Assembly (NCBI RefSeq): GCF_001194135.2
Contig: NC_068990.1
Span: 57,211,079 to 57,275,078 of the forward strand
Length of the DNA stretch: 64,000 nt
Source: Octopus bimaculoides
Lineage: Eukaryota
Reading direction: 5' to 3'
Numbering within the stretch: position 1 is the stretch's first letter; each line of letters opens with the position of its first letter. The notes beneath the pieces were generated by a model. That model was given only the letters and a program-made list of their open reading frames with translations. It ran no database searches and was not told the DNA's origin. Below are positions 23,475-37,405 of this stretch, in pieces. The position numbers and the translations under genes are program-made.

Positions 23475-25654
23475 CATCTATTTCATCCAATTTGGCACTG
23501 CTGATAAAGGTTACCAGCATTATTCCACCTCTTTTAGCTTCAGCCATCAAATTTCAAACCTCCTTATGAATTGTATTGCAAAAAATATTTATTTTTTAAT
23601 TTCATGAGCCAAAGTGGGATCCTCTATAATATCTAAACCTTGCAGAAATAGCAACTCAACTTGCATCAAATCAAATCTTATAGTCTTTTTAAAAACAAAT
23701 GTATTGAGGCATGGCTGTATGGTAAGAAGTTTGCTTCCTGAGTACATAGTTCCAGGTTCAGTCCCACTGCATGGCACTTTGGGCTGGTGTCTTCAACTAT
23801 AGCTTCAGGCTGATCAAAATCTTGTGGATGGATTTGGTAGATGGAAACTGAACAAAGCCCATTGTATATGCATATAAATGAGTGTATGTGTGTGTGTGTG
23901 TGTGTGTCTTTGTTTGTCCACCACCAATGCTTGGTGTGTTTGCATCCCCATAACTTAGTAGTTTGACAAAAGAAACAGATAGAATAAGTACCAGCCTTTG
24001 CAAAAGTCAATACTGGGGTCAATTTGTTCAAATAAAATTCTTCAGGCTGTTGCCTCAGCATGCCCACAGACTGAAGCATGTAAAAGATAAATAATGTAAT
24101 CCTGCATATGTAACTCAATAATAGGCAGAACATTTGTTTGTAGCTGTAATTGAGCAGGGTTCACATATGGTTGAACAATAACAACAGCATCAAAATCAAC
24201 AACAGTAGCAACAACGTTTTTGTTTTATTGTTCAGTTATGGAAAGAATGGTGGGACCAGCATTCTTTTAATTTTTTAGGCTTTCTGTAACTAGTAGAAAA
24301 GGGTGGCAGTTATTCTCAAACCAGAGACTTTTCACAAACATTTGCAATAGAGACCCCTACACAAAAGCCACCCAAGAGTCAGGTGATAGTGTTAAATTAG
24401 GGGGTCGATTTAGCCTACCACCAAGTGTTAATTTCTCTAATGAAGTATTTTAAATGTAATGGTCGAATTTCATGTGTTGTGTAGTCATTTCAATTGCATT
24501 CTGAGTAGGATATGAAGTGCTTTTATGTATGTGTGTGTGTGTGTGATGTATATTTTGCAGTATGCATGTGTGTTGTGTATGTTTTCTACACATGTCTTGT
24601 ATGTATGCATAATGTACTAATTTTAGCTAAGAGCTTCTCTACAACAATTTTTGATATATCTGTCAATCGCTGTTAGTTCCATATAGACTCTTTCAGGGAT
24701 AATTAAATGTTTGTCAATAAAAATAAAACACAGACTGGAGTTGGTTCTTCATACAGATAAATGATCAAAATGATTTTTATTCATTAGGAACTGCATCAAG
24801 ACTATTTTCCATTAACTTCTAGAGTATTTTATGAGTTGATTAAGAGATATTTTCTGTTTACCTGTATGATACTCTCAAACTATCATAAAATAAACAAATA
24901 AAAATAATTTCAATTATTGGTTCTATAGCGCTTAAAAGATTGGAATTTTCCAAACCATTAACTCTTTAGGTGATAGAAAATGGTTCATCTTAGACCAAGA
25001 GGGATCTTTCTTTCTTTCTTTCTTTCTTTCTGAATACCCTCCACATCCCCACACATATATATATGAGAGAGAGAGGTACATAAACACACACACACTCACA
25101 TATGTAAATATATATATATATATATANNNNNNNNNNNNNNNNNNNNNNNNNNNNNNNNNNNNNNNNNNNNNNTATAAATACATACACACACACATACATA
25201 TACTTATCTATTTATCTATCTGCCTCTTTTTATGGACAGGGCTGAATGTGAAGGTGCGAATATATATATATTTATTTATTTATCTATTATCAGATGGCAT
25301 TCCGCTCATAATCACTATCATCAAAGTTGACGGTTATAAATATAGTGGTGATACTTTCACTTTGCTATAAATATTTTACTACAATTACTTGATTGCGATA
25401 GTTAAAACTGATGTAATTTTCATTACTTATCTTTAATATATTTTCACAACTTTTTGCTATTTCAATAGACTTAGTTGATAGTGATGTAAAATTATTGTTT
25501 TTTATATTTTGCTAATAATGATTCTTTACATTTGAAGAAATTCCTATTTTTTAAGGGAGGGAGAACAGTGAGTATGCTTGTCTCCGGTACATACACTTTC
25601 TATAAAAGCCATATGTTATCATAGATATGATTAAAATAGCATTGTGAGTAATAT

Positions 25655-25700
<46 letters not shown>

Positions 25701-25702
<2 letters not shown>

Positions 25703-26517
25703 AGGTGCATTCCAGAATTTTTCAGAAGAAACACTTATTAATTTCAAAGAGGTGCATAATGCTAATCTCTTTCAAAGTAAGATCACTTCCTTCATGAAGG
25801 CCCTATGGAAGTCCTCTCGAGTGAAAGTGCCCGAGGCCTTGTCACAGCCTCCTTCATCTTCAAAACAACAGTCTTGCAGTGACCGAAAGTCACAGGGAAC
25901 AATGTCTGGACTGTAGGGAGTGTGAAGGTCAGTTTTGATGTGCATCTCTGTCAAGTGATTGGCTATCAGGATGTTTGTCACAGAGCTCCCTGGGAAAAAA
26001 CTTTTCACGAATTTTGTACATGTTTAGATCTTCATGAATAATACTGTATACAGTTACCACTCCAACTCCAAATGGTATGCTTATTGTCTTTATAGACACA
26101 TGATCTTCATACAGAAATTTGAGAATTTTCCCAACTAGCTCTGATGCTCTTTTATCCTCTTCCTTCCCTCACTTCTCATCATCTCTCACCTCCTCTCTAC
26201 CGTCCATGAACTTATTGTAGCAGTGAAAAAGTAAATCCATAAACAGACTGGAGCATTTCATAAGTTTCTTTAATATTTTTGCCCAGTTTAATACAAAGCT
26301 GTATTGCATAGTGGTCCTCTAAATGTCCTTAATGCATTTTGTAAGCTAGTCAGCTGTGACAAGCAGTGTTACAGCCATCTTCTTCAATCTAGAACAACAG
26401 GAGATGGCAAGTCAGCTTATTAGATGTATAATAATGATATAGTAGAATTACAATAATCTGGGAGAGTTATAACTGCCTCTCCTATAAAAAGTCTCTAAAC
26501 TTTTGGACTGCACCTCA
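25701..26517 (-). mobile_element. Mariner remnant with both TIRs
   Basis: TA|CAAGGTGCATTCCAGAATTTTTCAGA and TCTCTAAACTTTTGGACTGCACCTCA|TA; translation LHTPYSPDIVPCDF (HPPYSPDLAPCDF motif). Confidence 0.85.
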
Positions 26518-27302
26518 TATAAATGTGGAATAACACTGGCTGAAATATTTTGTTTCAGAGTGACATCTCAAAACAGACTTATGTTAAGAACACAAGATCT
26601 TGCTCAGAATATCAGTGTATCACTAGGTGCAATGTTTCAGCCTTATTAGATTTCTTCAGTGAGGAGACATAATCTACTATACAATTTACTTCTTGATGCG
26701 CTATATAGAATAGCTAATGGAGTAGGTTTATAATCATAGGTCCACTCAATTGACCTGGTGCTAAACTAGAGAAGTGGTGTAATAGATAATGTGGTTTTAG
26801 AAGGTTTGGTCATGGGCTTTTAATCCAGCAATGATCTGAGAGGAATTTAACTGCTATTTTTTCCTGGTTAAATGACCATGTAGAAGCTCCTATGTTAGTT
26901 TGTGATCCAGCCTATCAGTAATTAAAAGTGGTGTTGATATATATATATATTCAGTAAAGTTTATAGTAATGAGCTTTGTATTTAAGCAAAATAGAATAGC
27001 TGTTCAAATTTGAGATTTAACTGTTCTTCAGCTTACTATTCAAACACCAAAATCCCCTTCGCAGTGCTTTAATCCTGCCTCCCAAAACTAAATCTGAGGT
27101 GAGTTAAGGTGGATTTGAACTCAGGATTGTGACATATCAAACAAGACATTACACAGGATAAAATGATATGATTTATCCATACAGTCTCTTGTATTAACTT
27201 AACCACTTATATTTTCTTTAATATTTACTAATATGAGAAGTTTATATGAGCTGTATTAAACCACATATAAATTAATGTTAAACCTTCAGGACAAACACTC
27301 AC

Positions 27303-27420
27303 TTAGGTTTAGGTGTGCAAGGACAGTCCGGGGCTGGTTGATGAGAATTTTAGAAATGTGACGGACAAATGAAGCTAAAGCAGGTGATTGGTAGCGAGAT
27401 AAAGCGTATGGTATTAAGAC
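27303..27420 (-). CDS. Best exon candidate, VLIPYALSRYQSPALASFVRHISKILINQPRTVLAHLNL
   Basis: Branch-like GCTAAC, acceptor ctctgacag|, donor CTA A|gtgagt; 118 nt open, GC/CpG above background, not a recognisable repeat. Protein not recognised. Confidence 0.5.
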
Positions 27421-28599
27421 CTGTCAGAGCATGTTAGCCAATGAAGCAAAATCTTGATAAATATGTTGGTGGATATCTTTGCAGAAGATCTGAGATAAAT
27501 CCTTGAAAGATTGTCGAAAGAAGGTTTTATTATGTTAATTCTGTTCTCTGAAAGGTGCAAGAAAGAAATCAATGGATTAAAAAGAAATTCCATCTTCTAT
27601 TAATTGCCAAGAAAACTTTCAAGGTCTTATACAATAATTTAGAAATGAAATAAGAAATTAGTTTGAATAGAATGAAGTAGCTAGACCATGCATGTCTGGT
27701 ATGCTATGTAATATTGAGAACTTCTCTGAAATGGATAATTGAATGAATTATCATAAAAACCATCACCACCACCACCACCACCACCATCATCGTCGTCGTC
27801 GTCGTCGTCATCATCATAATCACTGCCGTCAGGTGGGTATTTTTGTTTGCTGTGCTGATAAGGTTTAATCATTTCCTCCCTACACATTTAAATAAACATC
27901 TGCCAGCTTTTTGCCTGCATTTCTATTCACCAAATTTGACTCAGACAGCATACCCTAAATGCCATGATGTAGAATCAAGCCAAGAACCATGAGGTTCCAA
28001 AATAAACTTTTCCTCCACATGTTAATGACATAGCACAAATTTTGGCCACCATTTGAGGTAACCAAATGACAGCACATTTTTTAGCTGCAATATACATTCA
28101 ACATGTTTATTCCTTTCCTTACCAAAGTGGCTGCCCCTATACAATCTGCACCCTCACACTCCACACTGTCACTGCCACATGGCTGTCATATTTGTTCCTA
28201 TGGCAAATAATAATATAAATAAGGTATACAGCTTTATAGGTGCAGGCATAGCTGTGTGGTTAAGAAGATTGCTTAACAACAATGCGGTTTTGAGATCAGA
28301 TCCACTGCCCAGTAACTTGGGCAAGCAACTCTTACTTTGTATGTAGCCTGACCAATGCCTTGTGATTGAATTTGCTAGACGTAGACAGTGTGGCAGCCTG
28401 TTGTGCGTGTGTATGTGTGTGTGTGTGTGAGCATCTTTGTGTATGTCTCTCATCACTTGACAAGTGGTGGAGTGTTTATGTTTCCATTATTAGCTCAACA
28501 AAAGACTGATATAATAAGTACCAAGTTTAAAATAAGCACTGGGGTTGATTTGATCAGCTAAACCCTTTGAAGCATTTTCCTAGTTTAACCTGATATTTT

Positions 28600-30750
28600 T
28601 TAACCAAGCATCCTTTGAATACTTCTATTACTTTTTACAGCTGAGATGCAAAGTGCAGTTGACAAATTAAGATGAGAAGTGTCCTCTGTGAAAACACTAG
28701 AAGAAATGGAGAACAGAGTGTTGGTAAGAAAATGGTTATAATATGATAATGAGTGAAGATAAGTGTGAAATACTTGGGAATGTAGAAATAACTGCTGATT
28801 TACCATTCCTGACAAGAGGTAATGTGTATCTCTAATGCAAGACATCTATTATAATGAATCAGTAAGAGCTTAGAGTTGAAATTTTGAATTAACACTGAAG
28901 AGGAAACTGATATTTTGAATGTAATGTTGGTTAATGTATATATGTGTAAGCACTATAAATGATCATCAGAGATTCTACAACTTTACATGAACATTTCAGA
29001 TGTTTAATGTTCAAAAATAGAAAGTTTTGTAGATTTGTTTTTCTTTTTTTTTACTTGTGGAATGTAAGTTTCTAAGTGTTGATTCTGCTTGTCAACTTTG
29101 AGACTGATTTTTCATCTTCGTATTAAATAATGTTTTTAGGAGTTTTATTCATGCAGTTATCTGGTGCCAGTGTAATATGTCTAGGCTGAGCATGAATGAC
29201 ATAAAACCAAATCTTGAAATAGACTAAGATGGGACTGAGTGAGTGGAAAGAGTGAGTTTTTGTCAACATATGCTAAGATAGAACTGATTGATGGAGAATC
29301 AATTTTATTGAAGATGAGTAAGAAATAGGTGAAATCCATTAAAAGACAACTTGGCCTGACAATCATCATAGTGGATATGGTCAAAGACTTTAGTGACATC
29401 AAAAACAACAAATTTGCCTTTACCAGAGTCTTTAAGATATCTCTGCCAGACAATTATTTTTATTACTTTATACACTAAGTGCTTTATGATGATATATATT
29501 GATATTGAAAACCTCATCATATTAGTACTACAGATTTTTCTTGCCTTATACCCATCTGTTGTTTAGAGTGTAAAGAGATAAACATTGCCATTACGTCAAT
29601 GAGGCATAAATAGTTTTCCTGGTAAGTTTTAGATTTCATTAATATCACCATTAATGTAAACTAGTTTAAATGAATTTAAAGTAATTTGATGTTGGCTCAT
29701 CTGAGAATATTTTATCTATCTGTAAATAACAGTTGTTAAATTTAGTATTTATAAAATGAGTAACATAGCATTACATATTTAGGCCAAAATAGAAATGACA
29801 GACTCAGGTTGTTAATGATGGTTTCTTTTCTGCTTTCTGAAGACCTTTGAAGTTTTCTAATGCTGTAGAAATCAAACCAGCCTTGAAATACCATGCTTCA
29901 ATAGCGTTGGTTAATGGGACAGACTTCTATGTAATTTCCTCAAAATTACTAACCAGTGAAGTGTCAAAAATATACTAAGGTAGCATATAATCACATATTT
30001 ATTTTAACTTGTCATTTTTCCAAATTGCTTACTCCATCAAGGAAAGATACAAGTAAAAGGCTAAATGAGCCATACAATTAAAGCCTATAAAATTCTTGAT
30101 CGAAAACATTCCTCTAAAATCTTAAGACAGACATTCCAAGACAACTCATGTGATTAAATGATGGTTCTTGCATTGCATCAGTGCAAATTCGAAAAATCTT
30201 ATTAACAACTTGTTTCTAATTAAAACAACTTAATTTCATAGTTCTGTATTATTTTCTAATAAATTTGCCAATAAGATGTAGAAATAGCTGTTGTCAGTGT
30301 TTATATAAGTGCTAAAGATTATAGCCTCATATCTGCAGTTGCTCTCTGTATGATTTAATTAGAATTACAAATTAAGGTGCTGAAACTTTCTAGGGATTAT
30401 CTCTCTTTAATTTAGCTAAGGTTCCTTGCAAATTTATTCAACATGTCAAAACTTCTGGATCATTATCTTTATCTATTTCTCACACTTAATTTAACAGTCT
30501 GTGAGATGATGAAAACTCTTCATACATAATGCTAATGTAGAATCATTAATTATTCTTGCACCTATTTTCACCATACTAGTAGGTTGAAAAGGTTTAGAAA
30601 ATTATTATCTTTCATGATTGCTTTTCTCTTTGAGTCCCAGCTATCTTTGTGTTAACTACATCAATTTTAATTTGCCTACCTTATCTCAGATTTGAATGTT
30701 TAACAATAACTGAGAAAATTTGTTCACCCAATTGTTATCTTTCCACAAAT
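28600..30750 (-). mobile_element. Highly decayed CR1/Jockey-group LINE
   Basis: Minus-strand W..YL..SG...VVFDVTKVFDHIHY....KLSFNGF resembles DxSKAFDxVxHxxLLxKL..YG; the left boundary is clearer than the right. Confidence 0.55.
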
Positions 30751-31395
30751 TTCACACCCTTACAATATTATCCTTTTTCAAGTATTTTCTCATAGATTTT
30801 AAACTCACACTATGATTTTCAGATATATTCATGTATTGTTAGTGATAATAAAAAAAAAAAAATGAATATAACACTGGTCTGCAACCAAAAAATTGTTTCA
30901 TATTTATTGGATGAAACTGATTAATTTTTACCTGCTGATTTCAATAATTACAAAGAAATTATCCTTTCACCTATGGTTTCTTCACAAAATCAATCATTGC
31001 ATTTTAATACTATGCCCACATCTGACTATTGTCTTTTTTTTATATTATTACTATTAATTAAGGTGGTGAGCCGGCAGAATCATTAACATTTTAAGCAAAA
31101 TGCTTAGTGGCATTTTGTCCGTCTTTATGTTCTGATTTCAAATTCTGCCATGGTCAACTTTGCCTTTCATCTTTTGGGGTTGATAAATAAGTACCAATTG
31201 AACACTGGGGTTGATGTAATTGGCTTGCCCAATGCTCCAAAGTTGCAGGCTTTGTGCCAAAATTTGAAACCATTATTACAATTAATTTCTTTATTTAAAT
31301 AGACTATAATAATACAACTAATAAGTGTAATTTTGGAAAATAAGCGTCTGGTAAAGTTTAGACAACTTCAGTTATACAGAGAGATGCTTGCATCA

Positions 31396-32965
31396 CTGTG
31401 GCTTCAGTTACACACTAGCAGTAAAGAGAGAAAGATACGTTTTACAAGGTCACAGTGTGTAGGTTGAGATATCCTTTTTGTTTTAATTTCACTCATTTCC
31501 TCATACCTTTTTTCATTGTATATATGCTACATACTTTGTTTTATTGTATCATATGTTGCATTTAAATGCTTCTTTAATGATATTATGTAGACATTTAGAT
31601 AGTCCTTTACCCTTTTCTTACAGAGCTCTAAATCATTTGAAGAATGGATGTCTCCTGGAAGATATGCAACAATCCCAGATAAGTTCTGCTATATTTGTGG
31701 TGAGTTTATGACTAAGAAATGTCAGAGAAACATCACCAAATTTGTCAAATATCTTACTATACCTAATTTGGTATGAAATTAGGAGACCAAGATAAGAAGT
31801 GGGCTCCTCATAAGGCCTGCTCAATTTATATTGAAGAACTGAGACAATGGACAAAATGTACAAAGAAGTCCTTTTGTTTTGGGATTCCAATGATATGGAG
31901 AGAGCCTAAAAATCACAGCGATGACAGCTACTTTTGTTCATGTAAGGTGCTGGGGACACAATTCTAAGTGTGGGGAAAATATTGTTGATCCAAATATCTT
32001 ATCTACATTGTGACCTGTTGCCCATGGAGCAGATGTTGCAGTTCCATCACCACCAAGAAACCTTGAAGACATATAATTGAGTTCTGAATCAGAAATGGCA
32101 ATGATGATGAAGATTTCAGTAGCAGTGAAGGTGAAGAAGTTCAACTATTCAACCAGTGTAAATTAAATGATCCAGTGAGGTACTTAGGGCTTGAAAAGGA
32201 ATCAGCAGTGATTTTAGGTTCCAGACTTAAATCTAAAGATCTTTTAGCTTCTCATGCATCATTCTGTTAGGACCATAATAGCATAAAAGAATTTGTATCT
32301 TATTTTCCTCAAGAAAACGATTTGATTTGCTGTATAGATCCATCAAGACTAATAGAGGAGTTTGGTGTGAGTTACAGTCCTGATGAATGGAGACTATTGC
32401 CTCTTCAAACGGAAGTCTTAAAGCTCTATTCCACTGCATAATGGTAATAAATATACTTCCATCCCTGTTGGATACTCAGTGATCATGAAGGAAACGTATG
32501 AAAATTTGGTGTCACTCTTACACAAGAATAAATTCAAAGGTCACAACGTTGTGGCAACTTGAAAATAATTTGTATATGATGGCTGACTAATGATGGATGC
32601 TTCATCATGAATATCCATCAAATGCTCACAACCAAAAGAGTTCCAGTCATAGTTTCCAGGTGAAAAAGAAGAGGTTTTGAAGTGCTGAACATAAAAAAAA
32701 TGAATGGAACTCTTGTGAAAATCTATTTTTCTCACCTTTCAATTGCATGTGTGCCATTTCACTTTGCTAAATAAAGGACCAAATTCATTTTCCTTATTTT
32801 CATTTTGCCCTACCATATACGGATTTACATAGAAGCTATGCCATATTTTATCATTAAATTGTGAGAAAACTTTAGGTAATGGGGAAAGAGCTTTTTTGAT
32901 ATTTTGAATTATCACCACAAAAATATATAAACATAAAATAAAAGAAGTTCCATTTGCAGGCCTGT
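31396..32965 (+). mobile_element. Decayed, internally deleted Chapaev3-like (CMC group) DNA transposon
   Basis: PDKFCYICGEF...KLGDQDKKWAPHKAC...FGIPMIWREPKNHSDDSYFC; downstream LGSRLKSKDLL, SKRSLKAL, GNKYTSIPVGYSVIMKETYEN; left end begins CACTG; multiple frameshifts. Family name from recall of these motifs. Confidence 0.75.
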
Positions 32966-33149
32966 ATGATCACACAAATGTTAATCATTTGGAGGCAAAA
33001 CATCGAATTTCATTTGTTGCAAACAAAAAATAATGTGAGAATATTCAAAGAAACATAATTTGCTACCATCTAATACAAAACTCTACCCCTGAGTAAACTC
33101 CCCTGGTAAGCTTACAAGTACCTTGATGAATTGACAACACAACCATATG

Positions 33150-33480
33150 GAAACTGGCACTCTGTTGGTCGTGATGACAAGGGTTCCAGCTGATCCACTC
33201 AACAGAACAGCCTGCTCATGAAATTAACAGGCAAGTAGCTGAACACTTCATAGACTTGCATACTCTTAACGTAGTTTTCAGGGAGGTTCAGCATGATATA
33301 GAATGTGACAAGGCCCTTTAAAACACGTTTGCTGCTCATTATTGCCAGCTGAGTTGATTGAAAAGCAACATGAAATAAAGTGTCTTGCTCAAGGGCACAA
33401 CATGCTGTAGAATATCAAACTCATGACCTTACAATTGTGAACCTAATACCTAAACCTCTTAGCCACATACCTTCACATAT
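33150..33480 (-). mobile_element. Decayed SINE, family C (same tail as 39845-40224)
   Basis: AAGGGTTCCAGCTGATCC..AACAGCCTGCTCATGAAATTAAC is the reverse complement of the family C tail. Confidence 0.7.
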
Positions 33481-33489
33481 CATACAGAA

Positions 33490-33805
33490 AAATCAAGGAT
33501 CAGCATAACACAGAAATATTAAGACACACAAAAAAAAACTCCAGATGAGATAGATACAAGTAGATGATACTTTTACTATTGTAAGAAAGAGAAAATGGTC
33601 ATATTCAAGAGACAGCCAACCAATGGAGTAAAATTATCCTGGACTATTGACCAATGACTGGAAAGAGAAAATAAAGACGATCATGGAAGAGATTGTGAGA
33701 CAAGTTCAAATACAAAGGATTACTGTCAGCAGGCAAATCAAACAAGAGACAAGAAAAAGAATGGAAAACTGGCAATAATATGCTGAGGCTTTTATCCTGT
33801 ACTGG
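33490..33805 (+). mobile_element. RTE LINE C-terminal fragment
   Basis: Decayed HI.R...NQWS..I.DY and W...EAFIL.W terminal motifs. Confidence 0.55.
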
Positions 33806-33809
33806 GTTC

Positions 33810-33967
33810 ACAATGGCTGTATGGTAAGAAGTTTGCTTCCCAACTACATGGTTTCAGGTTCAGTCTCACCGGTGGCACTTTGGGCAAGTGTCTTCTACCA
33901 TAGCCTCAGGCCAATGAAAGCCTTCTGAGTGGATTTGGTAGATGGAAACTGAAAGAAATCCATCATG

Positions 33968-34013
<46 letters not shown>

Positions 34014-34535
34014 AATATATCCTGTCTTTTTATCTTTTTTACCTATTTCAGTCACTAGATTGCAGCCATGCTGGGACACTGCCGTCAAGAATTTTTATTT
34101 GAATAAATCGATCCCAGCACTTTTTTAAAGCCTGCTACTTATTCTATTGATCACTTTTGTCGAACTGTTCAGTTATGGGGATGTGAACAGATCAACACCG
34201 GCTGCCAAGCATTTGTGGGGGACAAACACACACAAACACATGCACACATATGAAGGGCTTCTTCCAGTTTCTGTTTGTCAAATCCACTCATTAAGTTTTG
34301 GTCAGCCCAAGTTTCCATGCTGTGGGACTGAACCTGGGACCATGTAGTTGGGAAGCAAGCTTCTCGCCACCACCATTTGACAACTGGCGTTGATGTGGTT
34401 ACATTCCTGTAACTTAATGCTTTACCAAAAGAAACCGATAGATTAAAATATGTGGTTTCATTCAATCAAAATTTTTCAAGGCAGTGCCCCAGCATAGTCA
34501 CAGTCTAATGACTGAAGCAAGTAAAAGATAAAAGA
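33810..34535. mobile_element. Nested SINE B copies in opposite orientation
   Basis: Plus head 33810-33975, (CA)n, minus copy 34020-34372, then plus tail 34375-34535. Confidence 0.8.
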
Positions 34536-34889
34536 TGTTCATGACAATGTGCACACAGTACATACATGATGAATTCACTATTCCTCCAAAGAATTACAGC
34601 TATTTCCTAGCAGCTGCTCATTCATGTATCTACAACATAAACTTGTATGAGCCAATAAAGAAATGTTTATGTGGTTGGTCAATCTGCTAAGAGTAGTAGA
34701 TGATTTTTCCTCAAAGCAAACAAAATATGCTCCAAAGGATAGAGCACATTGCTTGCTGTAGTCCAAGAAGGAACTCCTAAAAAGGTAAGTTGTTTATGGT
34801 TGGATTGCTGTCATTCATGAATCAACAACTCAGTTATTGTTATCGTTATTCAAATGTGACTTAGTCAATGAATCCACTCTTATTCATTA

Positions 34890-37160
34890 TAGTCCTCCTG
34901 GCCATAACAGAGGAATTCAAAACTGGGTGTCCATGAGAACTGCTATATTTTGATGACCTTGCTATTATTGCAGAATCTTTAGCAGAATATAGAAGAAATT
35001 CCAGGTATGGAAACAAAACCTGGAATCAAAAGGCCTTAATGTTAACCTAGCTGGGACCAAAGTTGCTGCTAGTAAGAAAGAAGATAAAACTCTCTTTCTG
35101 TCAGGTAAATTCTCCTGCTCAAAATGTAGTAAAGGGGCTGGAAGAAATTCCATTTGCTGCACCCAGTGTAAACCATGGACACATAAGAGGTGCAGTGGAA
35201 TCACAGGTAGATTAACAGATAAAGTCATTTTTGTATGTGACAGATGTGCAGGAACAATAAACACTGAGAACAATAAACTCTAAAAGTCCATGGGACTGAG
35301 ATCTCTCAAATGCCTAGGAGGCTCTCTTGAAATTGTAGATAGTTACTGTTACCTAGGTGACCAAATTAGCAATGGTGGCGGATGCTCTGAAAGTATTGTT
35401 TCTAGAATAAGAATTAGGTGGAGGAAGTTCAAAGAGCTATTACCTCTGGTGGCAACAAAAGGACTCTCTCTCAGTGTGAAAAATAGATTATATGATGTTT
35501 GTGTGTGAACAGCTATACTCCGTGGTAGTGAGACATGGGCTCTGAATGCAAAAGATATGAGTAGACTGGAAAGAAATAAAGGTAGTATGCTCCATTGGAT
35601 GTGCAACGTCAGTGCACATGTATGGCAAAGTACAAATGTATTGAGAGAAAAGTTGGGCATAAGAGGAATCAAATGTAGCATGTAAGAGAGAAGAGTAGAC
35701 TGGTTTGGATGAACATGTGATGTGTATGAATGAGGACAGTTGCATAAAGAAGTGCCGATCACTGAAAGTGGGTGGTACCCGTAGAAGAGGGAGACTCAGA
35801 AAGATGTGGGATGAAGTGGTAAGGACCGATCTCAGGATGTTGGGCCTCACGGAGGAAATGACAATGGACTGAGATATCTGGCAACATGAAGTTCTAGAGA
35901 AGATCCACCCACATTAGTGAAACTGAGTTCTAGATGCGCCGGGTGTCCCACCCACACTTAACAAGAAAACTTCTCACACATCTTACCACAACAAACCAAA
36001 CTACGTCTCTACATCTCTTTCTCACATTTCCACTTCATGCACTATGCTTACCTCCCACTCCCCAATCCGCTTGGCCTTGTGCCATTGTATCATTGTTCTC
36101 TACTAGCCCCCGACCTGTGTGTTCTACCCACACAACCTGTCTCACTATATTATTGTTATCTCCTAACTCCCGACCTGTGTGTTCCATGCACATGTAACAA
36201 GAAAACTTTCAACTCATCCTACCCCAACAAAACAATCTACATCACATCTCTTTTCTTCCTCACATTTCCTCCTTCATACACTATGCCTAGCCCTGTTCCT
36301 CTGTATCATTGCTATCCAGTAGCCTGCCGACTCTATATATACCCAGGTTTTCACCCCTCATTGCACTCTTTAATCACACTTTCTTCACAATATCCTGCCA
36401 CCTATATTATGGCGTTTGAACCTCAAAGGTATGCCCTGGCACTTTCCACCATTTATATCACTCTCTTCCTTTACTCAACCATCCCATTTATATTTTGATC
36501 TTGTGAGTATGCCTGGTATTTTGCCACCATCTCTATCGTGCTATCTCCCATTTGCTCTCTCCTTCTCCTGCACTTCCCTCAGGCTGGGTAACCATGTATT
36601 TCCTTTACAGTAGCGCACCTGTTTCTGACTTCATTCTCTCTCTCTCTCTCTCTGGCCAGGTAACCCTGTACTTCTTCTACAGCAAGACACCTGTTTCTGT
36701 CTCTCTCTGTCTCACTATAACTTTTCATCATCTGACACAAAAACACCTCCTCTAATGCCCTTGAAATTTTTCTTTTTTCTTTGTTTTGCAAGTACTTGCT
36801 GACCCTGTCAATGCAGGTGCCACTTAAAAGCACCCAGTCCACACTGTAAAGTGGTTGGTGTTTTGAAGGGCATCCAGCTGTAAAAACCTTGCCATAACTT
36901 ACCTCACCTATGCTTGTGCCATATAAAAAGCTCTAAGTCCACTCTACCCTTCCTAACACCAACCACTCTGCTGAGTGGTTGGTGTTAGGAAGGGCATCCA
37001 GTTGTAAAAGTCCTGCTAAAACAGTCACAGAAGTCTGGTGCAGGCTTCTACCTGGCTGGCCCTAGCAAAACCGTCCAATGCCATCATGGAAGGTGGACGT
37101 TAAATGATAATGAGGACGATGAGGAGGACGATGATGATGATGATGATGACGACGATGATG
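34890..37160 (+). mobile_element. 5'-truncated RTE LINE: RT 3' half, PHD-type finger, thumb region, long 3' UTR and (GAT)n tail
   Basis: LLYFDDL..., LESKGLNVNL..TKV, CSKC-x9-CCTQC-x4-HKRC-x14-CDRC, LEIVDSYCYLGDQISNGGGCSESIVSRIRI, GSETWAL; tail TTAGGAAGGGCATCCAG...GGACGTTAAATGAT. The 3' UTR has ~250-bp internal duplications. Confidence 0.85.
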
Positions 37161-37190
37161 AAAGGCTTGGTCATTAACTTTGACTTAGAG

Positions 37191-37405
37191 TTAAGCCCTA
37201 AACATTTAATCCAATCATATCCATCGGAAATGTTCTACCTGTTTCATGTTGAAACTGACTAGATCCAGTCTCTCACACCTATGCTAAACGTAAACAATCA
37301 CATCCTTGAAATCTTGGAGCTATGAGATAATGCATGTTTAATTCAAAACAATGTGAATAAACAAGCATCATATTTGACAGAGGAATCTAAATGCTAAAGG
37401 GTTAA
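37191..37405. mobile_element. piggyBac-type MITE
   Basis: TTAAGCCCTAAACATTT ... AAATGCTAAAGGGTTAA. Confidence 0.75.

Noticed and set aside
27421-27520. The frame of exon 27303-27420 stays open ~36 codons upstream except for one TGA (27424-27426); considered Sec or A-to-I readthrough
   Set aside because: The TGA sits immediately before a canonical CAG acceptor with a branch-like GCTAAC, so it is simply intronic; no SECIS evidence.
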